From an uncultured Methanosarcinaceae archaeon (lineage in GTDB: Archaea; Halobacteriota; Methanosarcinia; Methanosarcinales; Methanosarcinaceae), in the NCBI GenBank assembly GCA_963833425.1, contig CAWHXP010000003.1:512001-576000 (forward strand): DNA of 64,000 nucleotides. Direction: 5' to 3'. This document shows positions 10,373 to 22,067 of the stretch, piece after piece. Within the stretch, counting starts at the first letter, position 1; every line of letters begins with the position of its first letter. The translations under genes and the position numbers were made by a program. A model generated the notes under the pieces. That model saw nothing but the letters and a program-made list of their open reading frames with translations. It did not search any database and had not been told where the DNA came from.

Positions 10373-13029
10373 TTTTTATTATTATTGAGCTCATTTTGTT
10401 TTCAGTTGATAACTGTAAAAAAATCCTATTGCAAGTTATAAGCCTGATAATCTTCTGAAAAAGTTCCACTGAAGCGTTAGTTATCTTTTACAAATTTATC
10501 CATCTTGTAGATGGCATGAATATTACATTGAAAGTGTATATATAATATTCAGTATTATATAATTTAAACAATTGTTATAGATAATTCGAAACAATCGAAT
10601 AGCATTCAATTCCTTTTTTGAGAGCGTAACTGGCTTTAAAATTTAAACTTTTATAAATAAAAAAACTTGAAATAAGAAAATTGTCTGGCATTATCTAGCA
10701 GTAGTGATAGAATCGTAATTTTGATTAATTGCAGTTAATACAAGTGGAATTAGTGGCTAAATTCGACAATCTGGACAGTGTGCCAACAGTTCTGTAAAAG
10801 ATGATTGATTCGGTGTATTTTTTTCTCTAATTAAAATAAGAATTTTTTTTTAGCCTGTTAGCAGAACAGCTAAACAGTTCGGAAAAAAATAAGCTAAAAG
10901 CATCGAGTTTATTATCTCACTAACTACACAAACAATAATTTATTATTGTTAATTTCAAGTCGATAAATATTATCTTCACGTATAATTTAAATGGGTCGAT
11001 CACCTAATTTCCAGGGAAATAATGGAATTCCTCAGATAATCGCTATCGATCTATTTTTGAGTCTTTCGTAGCACTTGTCAGTCGATATTTTTTTGTAATT
11101 AATAGGAAGTCAATAGTTTTACTTAAAATATTCTGTTTCTATCGTTTCCATTGAACAAGGACTTTAAAGTAAAAATATATGTACATTCTCAACTTCAACT
11201 TACCATTGTTATTACTGCACTATTACCTAGCTCCCAAACCTAAGAACGTAAGAGAAACTCTACTCATTGATTTTGGACAAGCTTATTATTTTTAATACTT
11301 TTTGCATTTATTGTGGGCTCGTAATCGATAGAAACTTGTATATTCCTATAATCCTATGGAATGGTCGAGTTTTACAGACATATTGTCGAAAATCGGGTTC
11401 TTAGCGAATGACTTTCTACCTAAAATTATAAAGAGCGTATGAAATTAATCGATCTTGCCTCTTTATGAAAAGCATAATATTCAATTTTAAAGACTTCGTA
11501 AATAATAAAAAAATCATTATTAATATTTAATTGTATTTTGATGTGGAAAATATCATGCGGGATTATTTTTGGTTTATAAGCCATTTTTTTCTACGATTAA
11601 TTTCAAATAATTACTACGATAATTGTATATTGCACCACCATATCACATCACGAATAGATAAAAAGAGATCAAGAACAGTAAAATAGAATTGCATGGAGAT
11701 GTTGGTCTTATTTTGAATTAAATATCTCTGTGGTATATATTCGAAGTGGCTGTCTCTGCTCCGATAGCAAAGACAACTTTTCACGCTTTCCTCCAATCTT
11801 TTTAATGCACATAATTTGACGGAGTGCACAGTTTTATGCAAAATCTGCTATGTACCCCTTAATCTTCCGTTTTGATTACTATTCTATTAAATCCGTGCAG
11901 TATGATGAAATATGTGTTGTAAGTCATTTGTATGGGTATCACCTAATAAAGCCAAAAACTTTCCCGAAATTTTTGTTTTATTTTTTTAGTGGTGCTACTA
12001 CTTCAGCTATCCTGATTCATTGTTGTTTAGTAAAGCTAAAAAAAGAGATATAGGTTCGAATCATAGCTTATCGGTTTAAGACTGTAGGGGGTGAATAAAA
12101 AATATATATACAGTATATGTCAACTAACGTTTGTTTGGCGAGTATAACACGAAAAAGTAGCTTTCAGTCTATCAAAAATTGTTAGCTTATATCTATTCTA
12201 GCAGAATAGATATTTCCAATTACTAACCGATGGAAAGTAAAACAGATTACGACTAACAGTCAAATAAAATAAACAAATCTAAATTCGCTGTAAATTCATG
12301 TGAAAAGGCTATTGATCTTCTTTAACCCGGCTGAATAGTTATGGTTTGTATTTAATTTTGAAATGTACATTATTCTGCAATAAATAAAATAGCAAAATTT
12401 TGGTTTTTACTAATTACATTGATTTTATTAAAATGTAGGCTTTCCCATTTGAATAGGTGTAAAGATGATCTCAAATTTTGGTTGAAGCTAAGAGCATGCA
12501 TAGGTTTAAAATAACACAAAAAAAATTGTGCATTTGCTAAGATCGTCCCAGATGCACTTCATGATCAGTATATCCTCACAAAATTGAAGATTTGTAGATT
12601 ATCAAGAGTCAATACTTTCAAAATCATAAGATTGTTTTGGTATGGAAAAAATAGAGAGACTTAAATTTGAAAATCATACACGAATAGTATCATAACTCTA
12701 CAAAATAAAAACTATTCAAAAAAAATGGGCCTTTATATCTTTATTTTGTGTGCTTGCATAAGCCTTTAAGTATCAAAGTATATATAGTATGTAATTAAAT
12801 GTTTATACCCTAATCGAATAACAAAAGGGATAAATTCAAAAAAGGAACATTGTTGAAGCTAAAATAGTTTCAGCTGATGAAGGTATAAAAATAATTGTGA
12901 AATAACCATATTTATCAAAAAAGAGAATGAATAGAGTGCTTGAGAAACTAGTTTCATCATGTACTTTCATATTAAATTTAAAAATAAAAGGTTTTTTTAG
13001 AAAACAAATAATTCTTTGAAGAACTTCTT

Positions 13030-16000
13030 TCACTCAACAAAATAAATCATTTCATTTGGCATGAGGGTTAATTCACTATTTTCGATTCCGGACTGGACAA
13101 GCTTTTCGATCCTTTCCCATGTATTTTTGTGCGTTGTTTTTATTCCGAGGACCCTCGAAGCCTGAACAATAAGATCTTCAAGGGGAGTAGAATACTGGGA
13201 ATTTAAGACAAAGCTGACAGCTTTTTTTATTTCCTCGTCACAAATCCATTCAATTTTTGTAGGCACTTCACCATTGCGCCTGCGCAGTAGGCATACAGGT
13301 TCTGAAGATGGCCAGAAGAATTCGCCTTTAACTCGAATCTTTCCGGAACTCTCTGCAAGTACAACCGAATCTAATATACGCTGTTTGATTTTTCCGAGCA
13401 TACGGGAAATTCCGACATGCCCTTTTATCCGCTGCATCAAAGCCTCTGCATGAATAGGGCCTTCAAATTCTATAATTTTTATAACTGCCTCCGTAAGTTT
13501 TTCATCGGAAAGCTCAAAAAGGTCTCCTGAATGCGGTAGTCCTGAAGAGTAGCAGACCCTGTAAAGAGGGGCAGCAGCTTCGAGAAGTTCGTTCTTCCCC
13601 AAAAGTTTTTTAGCACCTTTCAAGAGTGACGATTCATCCAAATTTTTAACTTTATTTTTGTTTTTTAAGTATAGATCAACTCTGGAATGAGGCTTTGATT
13701 GACTTCTTGACTCAATTACGAATTTAACTTTAGATCCAATTTCAGATTCTAAATTCCACACATTACCATTGCAATTGTTCTCCTCAAAATCTGACTCTGG
13801 GTCAAAATACTCTACTGAGCCGTAAATATAAGCAAATTCATTGAGCCTTTTGTTTTTCTTTTTTTCACAGGTAGCTGAACTGTAATCGATTTCAGGATAA
13901 GCCTGGAAAAAACTTCCTCTTTCAGGCTCAGGTTCAGGTATGATTCCTGACGAATTTTCTTCTTCAGAGCGGAAATTCACATCGAATTTCAAGGATTTTG
14001 ATTTACCTAGTTTCTTTATATTTTTATTACTAATGTTCTCGTCTGCCCGCAAAGCCGTAGAATCTGATCTTAAAGCCATTTCTGGAAAAAAATCCTCTTT
14101 TGAAGAGTCTATTAGTCCCTCTTTTAGTCCAAGAGAGAAGTCTGAATAAGGCCCGTCGTCTTCAGCTTTGGACACAGCTATTGATGTGGATTTATTTTCT
14201 AGGAATCCAAATCGCAAATTTTCATCGGCTTTGTTCTCTACATTATCAATAGATGAAAATATTTCTGCAGGCCAACTCATTAACTTTTGTGCAGAATTTT
14301 TGTGTGCCTGTTTAATCCAGGCAGAAGGCTCGTTTATAGTCATAACTTCTGGTTCGGATTTTGCGTGGAGATTTTCCCGCTTTACAGCTTTTTTTATAGC
14401 TTCAAGTAGTTTCTCTTTACTTTCTTTCGGGTGAAGGTACCAGTCCGTTGACCAAACCCGATAGATTTTCCAGCCTAGCCCTTCAAGCACCTGCTGACGT
14501 AGACGATCACGATCCCGAGCAACACGAAATGAATGATAGCTTGCCCCATCACACTCAATTCCAAGCACGTATCTTCCTGGATGGTATGGATCTGGGATTG
14601 CAAGGTCGAGCCGGTACCCGGCACATCCGATCTTTCTATGGACCTCACAAACGTTTTCTACCAGGAAATCATAAATGATTTCTTCAAAAGTAGATTCGAA
14701 GTCTCCACTGTTGTATGCTGGTGGTGTGAGCCTCCCAGTCTCTGCAAACTCAAGGAATACTTTGAGAGATCGAAGTCCAAAGGATGAGTTTTCATCGAGG
14801 TCCAAATTTCTTGATGTAAAGTTCGCAAAAACAACACACTTTTCTCTTGCCCGAGTGATAAGCACATTTAGACGCCTTTCTCCTCCATCCCTGTTAAGTG
14901 GGCCGAAGTTCATGGAAAATTTTCTGCTGTTATCAAATCCGAACCCCACACTCAATAGAATAACATCTCTCTCATCACCCTGGATGGTTTCAAGATTTTT
15001 CACAAAAAAATGCTCTCCTCTCTCATTTCCTGGAGTCAAATCAAACCCGGGGTTTGCTTTCAGAAGATTCTCAATCTCTTCCTGGATGGCTTCCTGCTGT
15101 TTTACATTAAAGGTTCCGACTCCGAGGCTTTTATCTGGGTACTTGCTAAAGTGTTCGAAAACTGCCTTTGCAACAACCCTTGCTTCTATCCTGTTGACTC
15201 CACTTTTTCCCCTATCATAGACCGCATCCTTGAGATGCACAAATTTCAACCCAAGGCGCTCATCTTTCTGCATGGGGGAAGGGTAAACATAAAGTCGATT
15301 GCTGTAGAATTCCTGGTTTGAAACAGCAATTAGAGACTCGTGTCTACTTCTATAGTGCCAGCGAAGGGTCTTTATTCGGAAACTACGCTTGCAAACATTC
15401 AGAATACTTTCAAGATCTCCTGATGCAGCGTAATCTTCAGGATCCCTTTCCGGAGATTCAAAAACAGAATCAAAAAATTCAGTAGGTGGGAGTTGTTTTG
15501 AATCTCCCATTACTACAACCTGCTTTCCGCGCAGTAGAGCTCCTACCGCGTCTTCTGGCTTGACTTGGCTGGCTTCGTCAAAAATGATCACATCAAAGTG
15601 GGTGCTTCTCGGATCAAGATACTGACCAATTGAAAGCGGACTCATCATAAAACAGGGCTTAATTTTCTGCACTAAACCACCTGCTTTTTTCATGAGTGTG
15701 CGGATAGGCATATGACCACGTTTCCTATTAAATTCATTGAGCAGAATTCCGGCTTCTGAAGCTCTTGATGCTCCATAAGTTAACTTTGGAGCTTCGTCAT
15801 AAACAGAATATGTAATTCTTTTTCTATTTCCCAGGAGGACCTTTTTGTCAAGCTCTATGAATTTATTTATCTTGCTTTCATGCAGCTCCCTAATAAAAGT
15901 AGAAAGTGCCTGCCTTTTCTTAAAGGTACGGTGAAGGAGATTCTCGGCATAGTTACCTTCGAAAGCGGGGATCATATCACAAACTTCTATTTTTCCGGTT

Positions 16001-18486
16001 TCGATATCATCCAACATAGGGGCTGCTTTTGTTTTCATGCAGACTTTCTTGTATTCAAGGTACTGACTCCAGAATACCAAGGATGATGTTTCTGTTTCCC
16101 ACATAGTTAAACGGGATTTTAACTGATTGAGCTTTGAGGCTTCTAGATCTTTTCCGAACATTTTTCTGAAATCTGCACCTACAAGGATGCCAATTTTTTC
16201 AATTAACCTTAAAAAAGATTTTTTTGCTTCCATAACCCCTTTTATTTCGGATTCAAGAGCAACTCTGTCAACCCCATTTTCTACAAGCCCGTAAATTTTG
16301 TCAGTGAAAACGCCTTCAGTTATATTTTTTCTGAAGGAAATAATCCACCTTAGATACTCATCCAGAATAGTAGGATCACTTTCAAGACCTTTCCAGTGTT
16401 CTGAAAAATATCGTTCACCATTTACCCCAATACTTTCCAGCTCCAGCATGCAGGATCTATATCTAGAAAGGTGAGCAAGATCAAGAAGAATTTTATCGTT
16501 TTGAGAGGGCACACCTGAAATGTAGCAGAAAGAAATTTCTGTTTTGAGTTTTCGGTAACTAGGATTTATGACCTTTAAGAATTTGCGGGATAATTCCTCG
16601 AATCCTGAGGTATCAAGGTCGAAAATTGAAGGATAAAATGTATTGTCTACAAAAATTTTCAGCTCTCTGTACTGCCTTAGCCTCGCAATTAAAGTCTCAG
16701 CGATAACTCTTGAGGACTCAGAGTCCCACTCTAGATTCTGTAGCATTTTTTCAGGCCAGGTTTTTGAGCTTTCGAGAAGTTTTGCGGCATCAATTATTGT
16801 TGTAATTTCTTCAAGGGTATGGGGCTTTGAGGTTGCAGAAAAGTCGTTGAGAGTTTTTATAGATGCTTCTAAGTATCCAAGAGAATTAGTGCATTCACTT
16901 ATGAGAGATCCGATATCCAAAATATCTGAAGGAAGTACAAGTCCGGATTCACAGCCATACCAGGGATTTTTCTTTGGTGTCCCGAGGCAAGGGAGTACTT
17001 GACCCAATTTTTCTAATATAGACTTTGCTTCTGCCCAATCTTCAGGTTCCCAATTTTCAGGATCTTGAAATTCGTAACGGGGCATTTTCAAACCTTTTGT
17101 CTCAAAATAAGCCTTTGTCTTTTCCCTTATCCCGTAGAGTGTATAAAAGCTTGGATAGAGCTTTCCTGCAGGTTCTTCGAGAGACATGGCATACTCATTA
17201 AGTTCTTTTTTCATTTTTTCGAGTTCTTTGATGTCTTTTTCAGGACTTGTGAATGCTGGAGATATGCGGTTCATACTTTTTTCCAGCTCTTCAAGAACTA
17301 CCTTTTTTCGTGTTTTGTTGCTGTGGATATCCAGACAGAGTTCTCCCAACCCTGCAGAATCCAGTCGACTTTTTACAACATGAAGAGCAGCCATCTTTTC
17401 ACTCACGAAAAGTATGCTTTTTCCATGGCCCATCAATTCTGCAATTGTATTTGCAATTGTTTGGGACTTTCCGGTTCCCGGAGGTCCCTCAACGACAAGA
17501 TTTTTTCCCGCTTTTACATCCTCGATGACCGCAATCTGCGAGGAGTCAGCATCCATTATATGGTAAGTATCTTTTGCTGATAGCTTCATATCAACATCTT
17601 GTTCTAGGAAACCAGAAACTTCACATTCGGGATCTTGCGGGTTAAAAATTTTCTGGATAAGAGGATGCTCTGCAGGCGATATGCCCTCTGGCCAGGTTAC
17701 AGGGTCAAGGTCCTTGTACATAACAAACTTTTTAAAGTTGAAGAGGTCAAGGCAAATTCCAGGCAGAACTTTCCAGTCTTTTCTTTCGCAGATTGTTGTA
17801 GATACGGCATTGAAATATTTTTTAATTCCTATTGCTTCCTCTGGCATCTCAAAATCCGGAATCTGGATTCCAAATTCTTTCATTTTTGCCTGTAGGGTAA
17901 TTGAAGTGAGGATTTCGTCTCCTGTCCATTGGATACTGAAGTTTCGGCCCTTTCCTATTCTTTTGAGTTCAATAGGAATCAAGATGATAGGGGCAGTTAG
18001 ATATTTTATGCTCGACTTGCTATCATTCCATTGCAGGAAGTTTATCGCAAGGTAAAGCACAGGGTATCCCTGTTCCTCAAAGATGGAATTCGATTGGTTA
18101 AAGACATAAAAAAGTTTCCGACCTAGAGTTTCGCTATCATCGGGGGTTTCCAGAAAATGTTCGGAACAGGAATTTTTGGATTTATTTTTTTCTCCAGAAT
18201 CAAGAATTTTCCCTATTGTTCTCAAAAGCGTGCTGTCATTTTCGTAGATATCTCTTTCTATGTCCTCTCCGTTTTCAATTTTATTTATTTTTTTAGATCT
18301 AACTTTCGACTTAAATTTCATTAATTTTTCATGGAGAACTAATAGCTCATAAATTTCCTCGGGGTTTCTACCTGCAATTGAGATGGTCCTTTTTCGGGAA
18401 AATCGGTAATTTAGAAGGTTATTTCGTAGGGACAGATCAAGTAAATTTTGCCTTAAAGTTTCCAGTTCCTTAACTACCTCTACCAT
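13030..18486 (-). CDS. DUF4011 - SF1 (Upf1/DNA2-like) helicase - restriction-endonuclease-like domain - DUF3320 protein (Hhe-like)
   Basis: N-terminal LLDLSLRNNLLN; Walker A GPPGTGKS; DEASQ; HYRSR; ETIQGDERD; RRLNVLITRAR; nuclease-like GYRLDLAI..GIECDG..RDRDRLRQQVLEGLGW; C-terminal IIEFEGPIH. Confidence 0.88.
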   Translation of the reverse strand: MVEVVKELETLRQNLLDLSLRNNLLNYRFSRKRTISIAGRNPEEIYELLVLHEKLMKFKSKVRSKKINKIENGEDIERDIYENDSTLLRTIGKILDSGEKNKSKNSCSEHFLETPDDSETLGRKLFYVFNQSNSIFEEQGYPVLYLAINFLQWNDSKSSIKYLTAPIILIPIELKRIGKGRNFSIQWTGDEILTSITLQAKMKEFGIQIPDFEMPEEAIGIKKYFNAVSTTICERKDWKVLPGICLDLFNFKKFVMYKDLDPVTWPEGISPAEHPLIQKIFNPQDPECEVSGFLEQDVDMKLSAKDTYHIMDADSSQIAVIEDVKAGKNLVVEGPPGTGKSQTIANTIAELMGHGKSILFVSEKMAALHVVKSRLDSAGLGELCLDIHSNKTRKKVVLEELEKSMNRISPAFTSPEKDIKELEKMKKELNEYAMSLEEPAGKLYPSFYTLYGIREKTKAYFETKGLKMPRYEFQDPENWEPEDWAEAKSILEKLGQVLPCLGTPKKNPWYGCESGLVLPSDILDIGSLISECTNSLGYLEASIKTLNDFSATSKPHTLEEITTIIDAAKLLESSKTWPEKMLQNLEWDSESSRVIAETLIARLRQYRELKIFVDNTFYPSIFDLDTSGFEELSRKFLKVINPSYRKLKTEISFCYISGVPSQNDKILLDLAHLSRYRSCMLELESIGVNGERYFSEHWKGLESDPTILDEYLRWIISFRKNITEGVFTDKIYGLVENGVDRVALESEIKGVMEAKKSFLRLIEKIGILVGADFRKMFGKDLEASKLNQLKSRLTMWETETSSLVFWSQYLEYKKVCMKTKAAPMLDDIETGKIEVCDMIPAFEGNYAENLLHRTFKKRQALSTFIRELHESKINKFIELDKKVLLGNRKRITYSVYDEAPKLTYGASRASEAGILLNEFNRKRGHMPIRTLMKKAGGLVQKIKPCFMMSPLSIGQYLDPRSTHFDVIIFDEASQVKPEDAVGALLRGKQVVVMGDSKQLPPTEFFDSVFESPERDPEDYAASGDLESILNVCKRSFRIKTLRWHYRSRHESLIAVSNQEFYSNRLYVYPSPMQKDERLGLKFVHLKDAVYDRGKSGVNRIEARVVAKAVFEHFSKYPDKSLGVGTFNVKQQEAIQEEIENLLKANPGFDLTPGNERGEHFFVKNLETIQGDERDVILLSVGFGFDNSRKFSMNFGPLNRDGGERRLNVLITRAREKCVVFANFTSRNLDLDENSSFGLRSLKVFLEFAETGRLTPPAYNSGDFESTFEEIIYDFLVENVCEVHRKIGCAGYRLDLAIPDPYHPGRYVLGIECDGASYHSFRVARDRDRLRQQVLEGLGWKIYRVWSTDWYLHPKESKEKLLEAIKKAVKRENLHAKSEPEVMTINEPSAWIKQAHKNSAQKLMSWPAEIFSSIDNVENKADENLRFGFLENKSTSIAVSKAEDDGPYSDFSLGLKEGLIDSSKEDFFPEMALRSDSTALRADENISNKNIKKLGKSKSLKFDVNFRSEEENSSGIIPEPEPERGSFFQAYPEIDYSSATCEKKKNKRLNEFAYIYGSVEYFDPESDFEENNCNGNVWNLESEIGSKVKFVIESRSQSKPHSRVDLYLKNKNKVKNLDESSLLKGAKKLLGKNELLEAAAPLYRVCYSSGLPHSGDLFELSDEKLTEAVIKIIEFEGPIHAEALMQRIKGHVGISRMLGKIKQRILDSVVLAESSGKIRVKGEFFWPSSEPVCLLRRRNGEVPTKIEWICDEEIKKAVSFVLNSQYSTPLEDLIVQASRVLGIKTTHKNTWERIEKLVQSGIENSELTLMPNEMIYFVE

Positions 18487-18733
18487 AAAATCCCAGGCCT
18501 GTTAAAACGACTATGAAAGTATATATTAAAAATATTTATATGTGAAAATTATTAATAAACTTCATCATGTTTTATTGAGAACAAAGCCCAAAATGGCTTA
18601 TATATACAGTTATAAAGAATTCAATCATTAGTAAATGAAATCATACATTTCAGAATAATTGATTAGTTAAATGATCCTCTTATTTATGAGAATTATTTAT
18701 TTCCTATTAGAGGTTTTCTCTGATATTATGTTT

Positions 18734-18818
18734 GATTTTAATAAATCCCTTCATTTTGTCAATGTGTATAAACTTTACATTAATGACTCGTGAAAATCAG
18801 ATGTTTCTCGAAATCCCC
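18734..18818 (+). mobile_element. MITE family A copy (IS5-related)
   Basis: Aligns with the MITE at 61328-61416 and is the reverse complement of 18928-19011. Confidence 0.75.
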
Positions 18819-18927
18819 GATGCTTTCAATTTTGGCAATTAGAGTGTTAATCCAGTACATAATATTTATTTTTCTGATGTTTGGGCTATAAAGCTATGAC
18901 ATTAGAATCTCCCCTCGTCCTTCTCTA

Positions 18928-19011
18928 GAGGGTCTCTATAAACATCTGATTTTAATGAGTCATTAATGTAAAATTTATACACATTGACAAAATGAAGGGA
19001 TTTATTAAATC
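18928..19011 (-). mobile_element. MITE family A copy, inverted
   Basis: Reverse complement closely matches 18734-18818; CTAG at its left boundary. Confidence 0.75.
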
Positions 19012-19239
19012 TTCTTTATTTATTATTAAACCCGTTCTCATTACTGCAATTTTTCTTTTGTATTATTCAGTTTAAAGTTCTCAAAACTTAGGTATTGGTA
19101 CATAATGTATAATTGAATGTTCTTTGCACATGTTTAACAGCCAGCTAATATATATTCACAGAGCCCAATTTTGGGTAGCTACCCCCTGTAATTATGCTAC
19201 AAAGTTGATTATACAAAATGTAAAACTTTTAAATTTTGT

Positions 19240-19826
19240 TATCTAGATTCGTTCTCTACTTCCCTTTATTTTTGCATCATTTCCTCTAGGTTTATCCAAT
19301 TTTGCATGTCCAGAATCTGAATGTATAAAGTGGCGTACTGAATTATTTCCTTTTTAATTTTCAAACCAAGAAAATAAAGCCAACTTCCAAACTCTCTACA
19401 TAATTCTTCTTTGTTGCATTTATAGCTATTTCTTTTTCTGGATTATCAGTCTATGGTACTGTTTGATATGTTCTCAGGAAAATTACAAAATTTTTTAAAT
19501 GAAATTAGGTCAATACATTGTTTAGTGAGTTCAAAATTTGATAGAGCATTCCATCGTTTTAAGACAAGCATTTTAAAAATAATTATTATTTCAGGTTCAG
19601 ATCTGCATCATCAAACTGTTTTGTTAAAATATATTAACTCTTAAATTATACGAAAAGATTTCAAATCAATTAAAGGAACCAATTTCAGCAAGTTTGTCTC
19701 CAGCTGATCGAAAAAAATTACATATTCTTTTAAAAGCAAATTAGAAGAGTTATAATAAATAAAAATTAATTTTAAGAGATTTAAACTATCTAATACTCAA
19801 ATGATAGGAGTTCATCAAAATTATCT
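19240..19826 (-). pseudogene. Degraded IS5-family transposase remnant
   Basis: Minus strand encodes FKMLVLKRWNALSNFEL..QCID.ISF and IHSDSGHAK fragments, homologous to the IS5 at 6711. Confidence 0.75.
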
Positions 19827-20048
19827 ATGATTTTATTACATATTTATCCACTATTTTTCATCGAAAATTAGATTAATTTTTAAGCACTTTCAGATTGGGA
19901 AAATAGATCGCATAATTGTCTACTATGCGTAAAATAGGATATAGTTCCATTTTACGTTTTATTTAACTTTGTGTAAATTAGGAACTGAAATTAATCTGGG
20001 CCTTTACATAAAAAGCTAATCAAACCAACGCATTAAAAAAAGAGTAGC

Positions 20049-21236
20049 TTAAGTTGTATATTCAGCATTGATTCGAACATAGTCATAGCTCAGATCACAG
20101 CCCCAGGCAATCGCATTCTCCTTTCCAGCATTAAGGTTAAGAGTAATGACGATCTCATCATTTCCCATTATTTTCTTCAGAAGTGTTTGGTCAGAAGGCT
20201 CGAAAACCTCGCCAAATTTGACAAGCTCGATCTCTTCGTCTCCTCCTGAGAAAGAAAGAGAGATCCTCTCCTGCTCAAGTTCAGCACCTGAGTAACCAGC
20301 AGCGGCTATAACCCTGCCCCAGTTAGGATCTTTTCCAAAAACTGCAGACTTGACTAGAGGCGAACGAACAATTGCTTTTGCAGCAAGCCTGGCATCTTCA
20401 TACTTTTTCGCTCCCATAACTCTAGCTTCGATAAGTTTCGTGGCGCCCTCTCCGTCCATAGCTATCTGTTTTGCGATATCCGTAAATAAATAAATTAGAC
20501 TTTCCTGAAAATCATCGAGGCAACCCATGGAAGGCTTGATCCCTGACTCACAGGTAGAAGTAAAAAGTACCATATCATTGGTGCTTGTATCCCCGTCTAC
20601 CACAACCATATTGAAAGTTTTTTGTACAGCTATTTTGAGAGCCGCATCTAGAACATCTGCAGGCACTTTTGCATCTGTATAAGCAAAACACAGCATGGTT
20701 CCCATATTTGGCTCGATCATTCCTGAACCTTTAGCAATTGCAGCTATTCTTATTCCACAGTCGAGCTCAACAGCTGACTCTTTTATAGATTTATCAGTTG
20801 TCATGATTGCCTTTGCAGCTGCTTGACTGCATTCAGGAGAATTGCCAAGTCCTTTAATTACTTTTTGAAGATGCTCCCTGATCTCGGAGACGTCAAGCCT
20901 TCGGCCAATTATTCCTGTTGAGGCCACAGCAACTGTATCAACATCAATGTCAAGCTTTTCAGCAAGCATTAATGCCATTTCCATGGAATCAAGAAAGCCT
21001 TCGTCACCTGTAAAGGCATTTGCGTTGCCACTATTTGCAATAACAGCCGAAAGCCAATGCTTAGTATCAATTACTCCTCTACTCAGAATAACTGGGGCTG
21101 CAACAACTTTATTTTTTGTAAAGACACCCGCTGCAGGTCCTTCCGCAAGGATAACCATAATTCCAGTTTTCCCAACTTTGATCCCGTTTGCAGATACTCC
21201 CCTTACAGCGCATATTCCACCTTCTATTTGCTTCAT
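20049..21236 (-). CDS. argJ: Ornithine acetyltransferase/N-acetylglutamate synthase
   Basis: NSGNANAFTG, AIMTTD, KGSGMIEPNMGTML, DGDTSTND, DGEGATK, DPNWGR, YVRINAEYTT. Confidence 0.97.
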   Translation of the reverse strand: MKQIEGGICAVRGVSANGIKVGKTGIMVILAEGPAAGVFTKNKVVAAPVILSRGVIDTKHWLSAVIANSGNANAFTGDEGFLDSMEMALMLAEKLDIDVDTVAVASTGIIGRRLDVSEIREHLQKVIKGLGNSPECSQAAAKAIMTTDKSIKESAVELDCGIRIAAIAKGSGMIEPNMGTMLCFAYTDAKVPADVLDAALKIAVQKTFNMVVVDGDTSTNDMVLFTSTCESGIKPSMGCLDDFQESLIYLFTDIAKQIAMDGEGATKLIEARVMGAKKYEDARLAAKAIVRSPLVKSAVFGKDPNWGRVIAAAGYSGAELEQERISLSFSGGDEEIELVKFGEVFEPSDQTLLKKIMGNDEIVITLNLNAGKENAIAWGCDLSYDYVRINAEYTT

Positions 21237-21255
21237 GAAAGATTCTCCCTATCTA

Positions 21256-21720
21256 TCAGAGTTTTGCAAGACCTTCGATGATATCGCCTCGAGTAACGAT
21301 TCCTACCAAGTGTTTGTTCTCGGTTATAGGCAACCTGTTAATTTTGTGCCTGACCATATGTTCGGAAGCTTCTTCCACTGATGCCTCGGGAGAAATCGTG
21401 TGCACATTCTTAGTCATGATCTCTTCTATCCTTATGGAACCAACATCTGAAAGCATCTTTTTTGTATCATCCCAACTGAGAAGTTCCCTGATAGGAACCT
21501 CTATAACCTCAAAAGGACTTGGAAGCCATAGCTCTCCTTTTTCTGGGATTATCAGCAGTTTAAGTAGGTCGCCTTCACTTATGATTCCTACAAGCTCATC
21601 GCTTTCGAGGACAGGGACTCCACTTATATTGTTTTCTCTCAAGATTTTTGCAGTTTCCCGGACTGTATTGTCAGGCTTACAGAAGACAACGTTAGGATTC
21701 ATGATATCTTTTACCTTCAT
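21256..21720 (-). CDS. CBS-domain protein
   Basis: Tandem CBS motifs (VKDIM..ISGVPV..LVGIISEGDL; IMTKNV..INRLPI..LVGIVTRGDI). Confidence 0.93.
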   Translation of the reverse strand: MKVKDIMNPNVVFCKPDNTVRETAKILRENNISGVPVLESDELVGIISEGDLLKLLIIPEKGELWLPSPFEVIEVPIRELLSWDDTKKMLSDVGSIRIEEIMTKNVHTISPEASVEEASEHMVRHKINRLPITENKHLVGIVTRGDIIEGLAKL

Positions 21721-21917
21721 CTAAATACCTCTTGAGACAAATTCTATTCCTTACTTTAGTTAGTTACCAGTTATATGTTCTCGCTTGCCTTTCAGCTTGT
21801 AGGTTTCTTATCTGACTAGTATCTGAAAAATGAGATTATGAATTTTCAGATAAATGAGTTAGTCAGTGGTCAAATCTAACAGAAAAGAACACTCCTAAGT
21901 TTTTGCGTAATTAAAAC

Positions 21918-22004
21918 GAATTTTGATGAATTCTGATTTTTCACGAGTCATACATATACCACTTATAAGTGCATGAGAAATTCTAGTGGCTTATAAAATT
22001 TCTC
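21918..22004 (-). mobile_element. Degenerate MITE family A copy between the CBS gene and argC
   Basis: GAATTTTGATGAATTCTGATTTTTCACGAGTC..TTATAAAATTTCTC resembles the reverse complement of the 61328 MITE. Confidence 0.55.
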
Positions 22005-22067
22005 TTAAAAGATTCTTTTGCTCACAATTTTTTATAACTTGCCCCTTAACCAGTTTTGGATCAAGTG

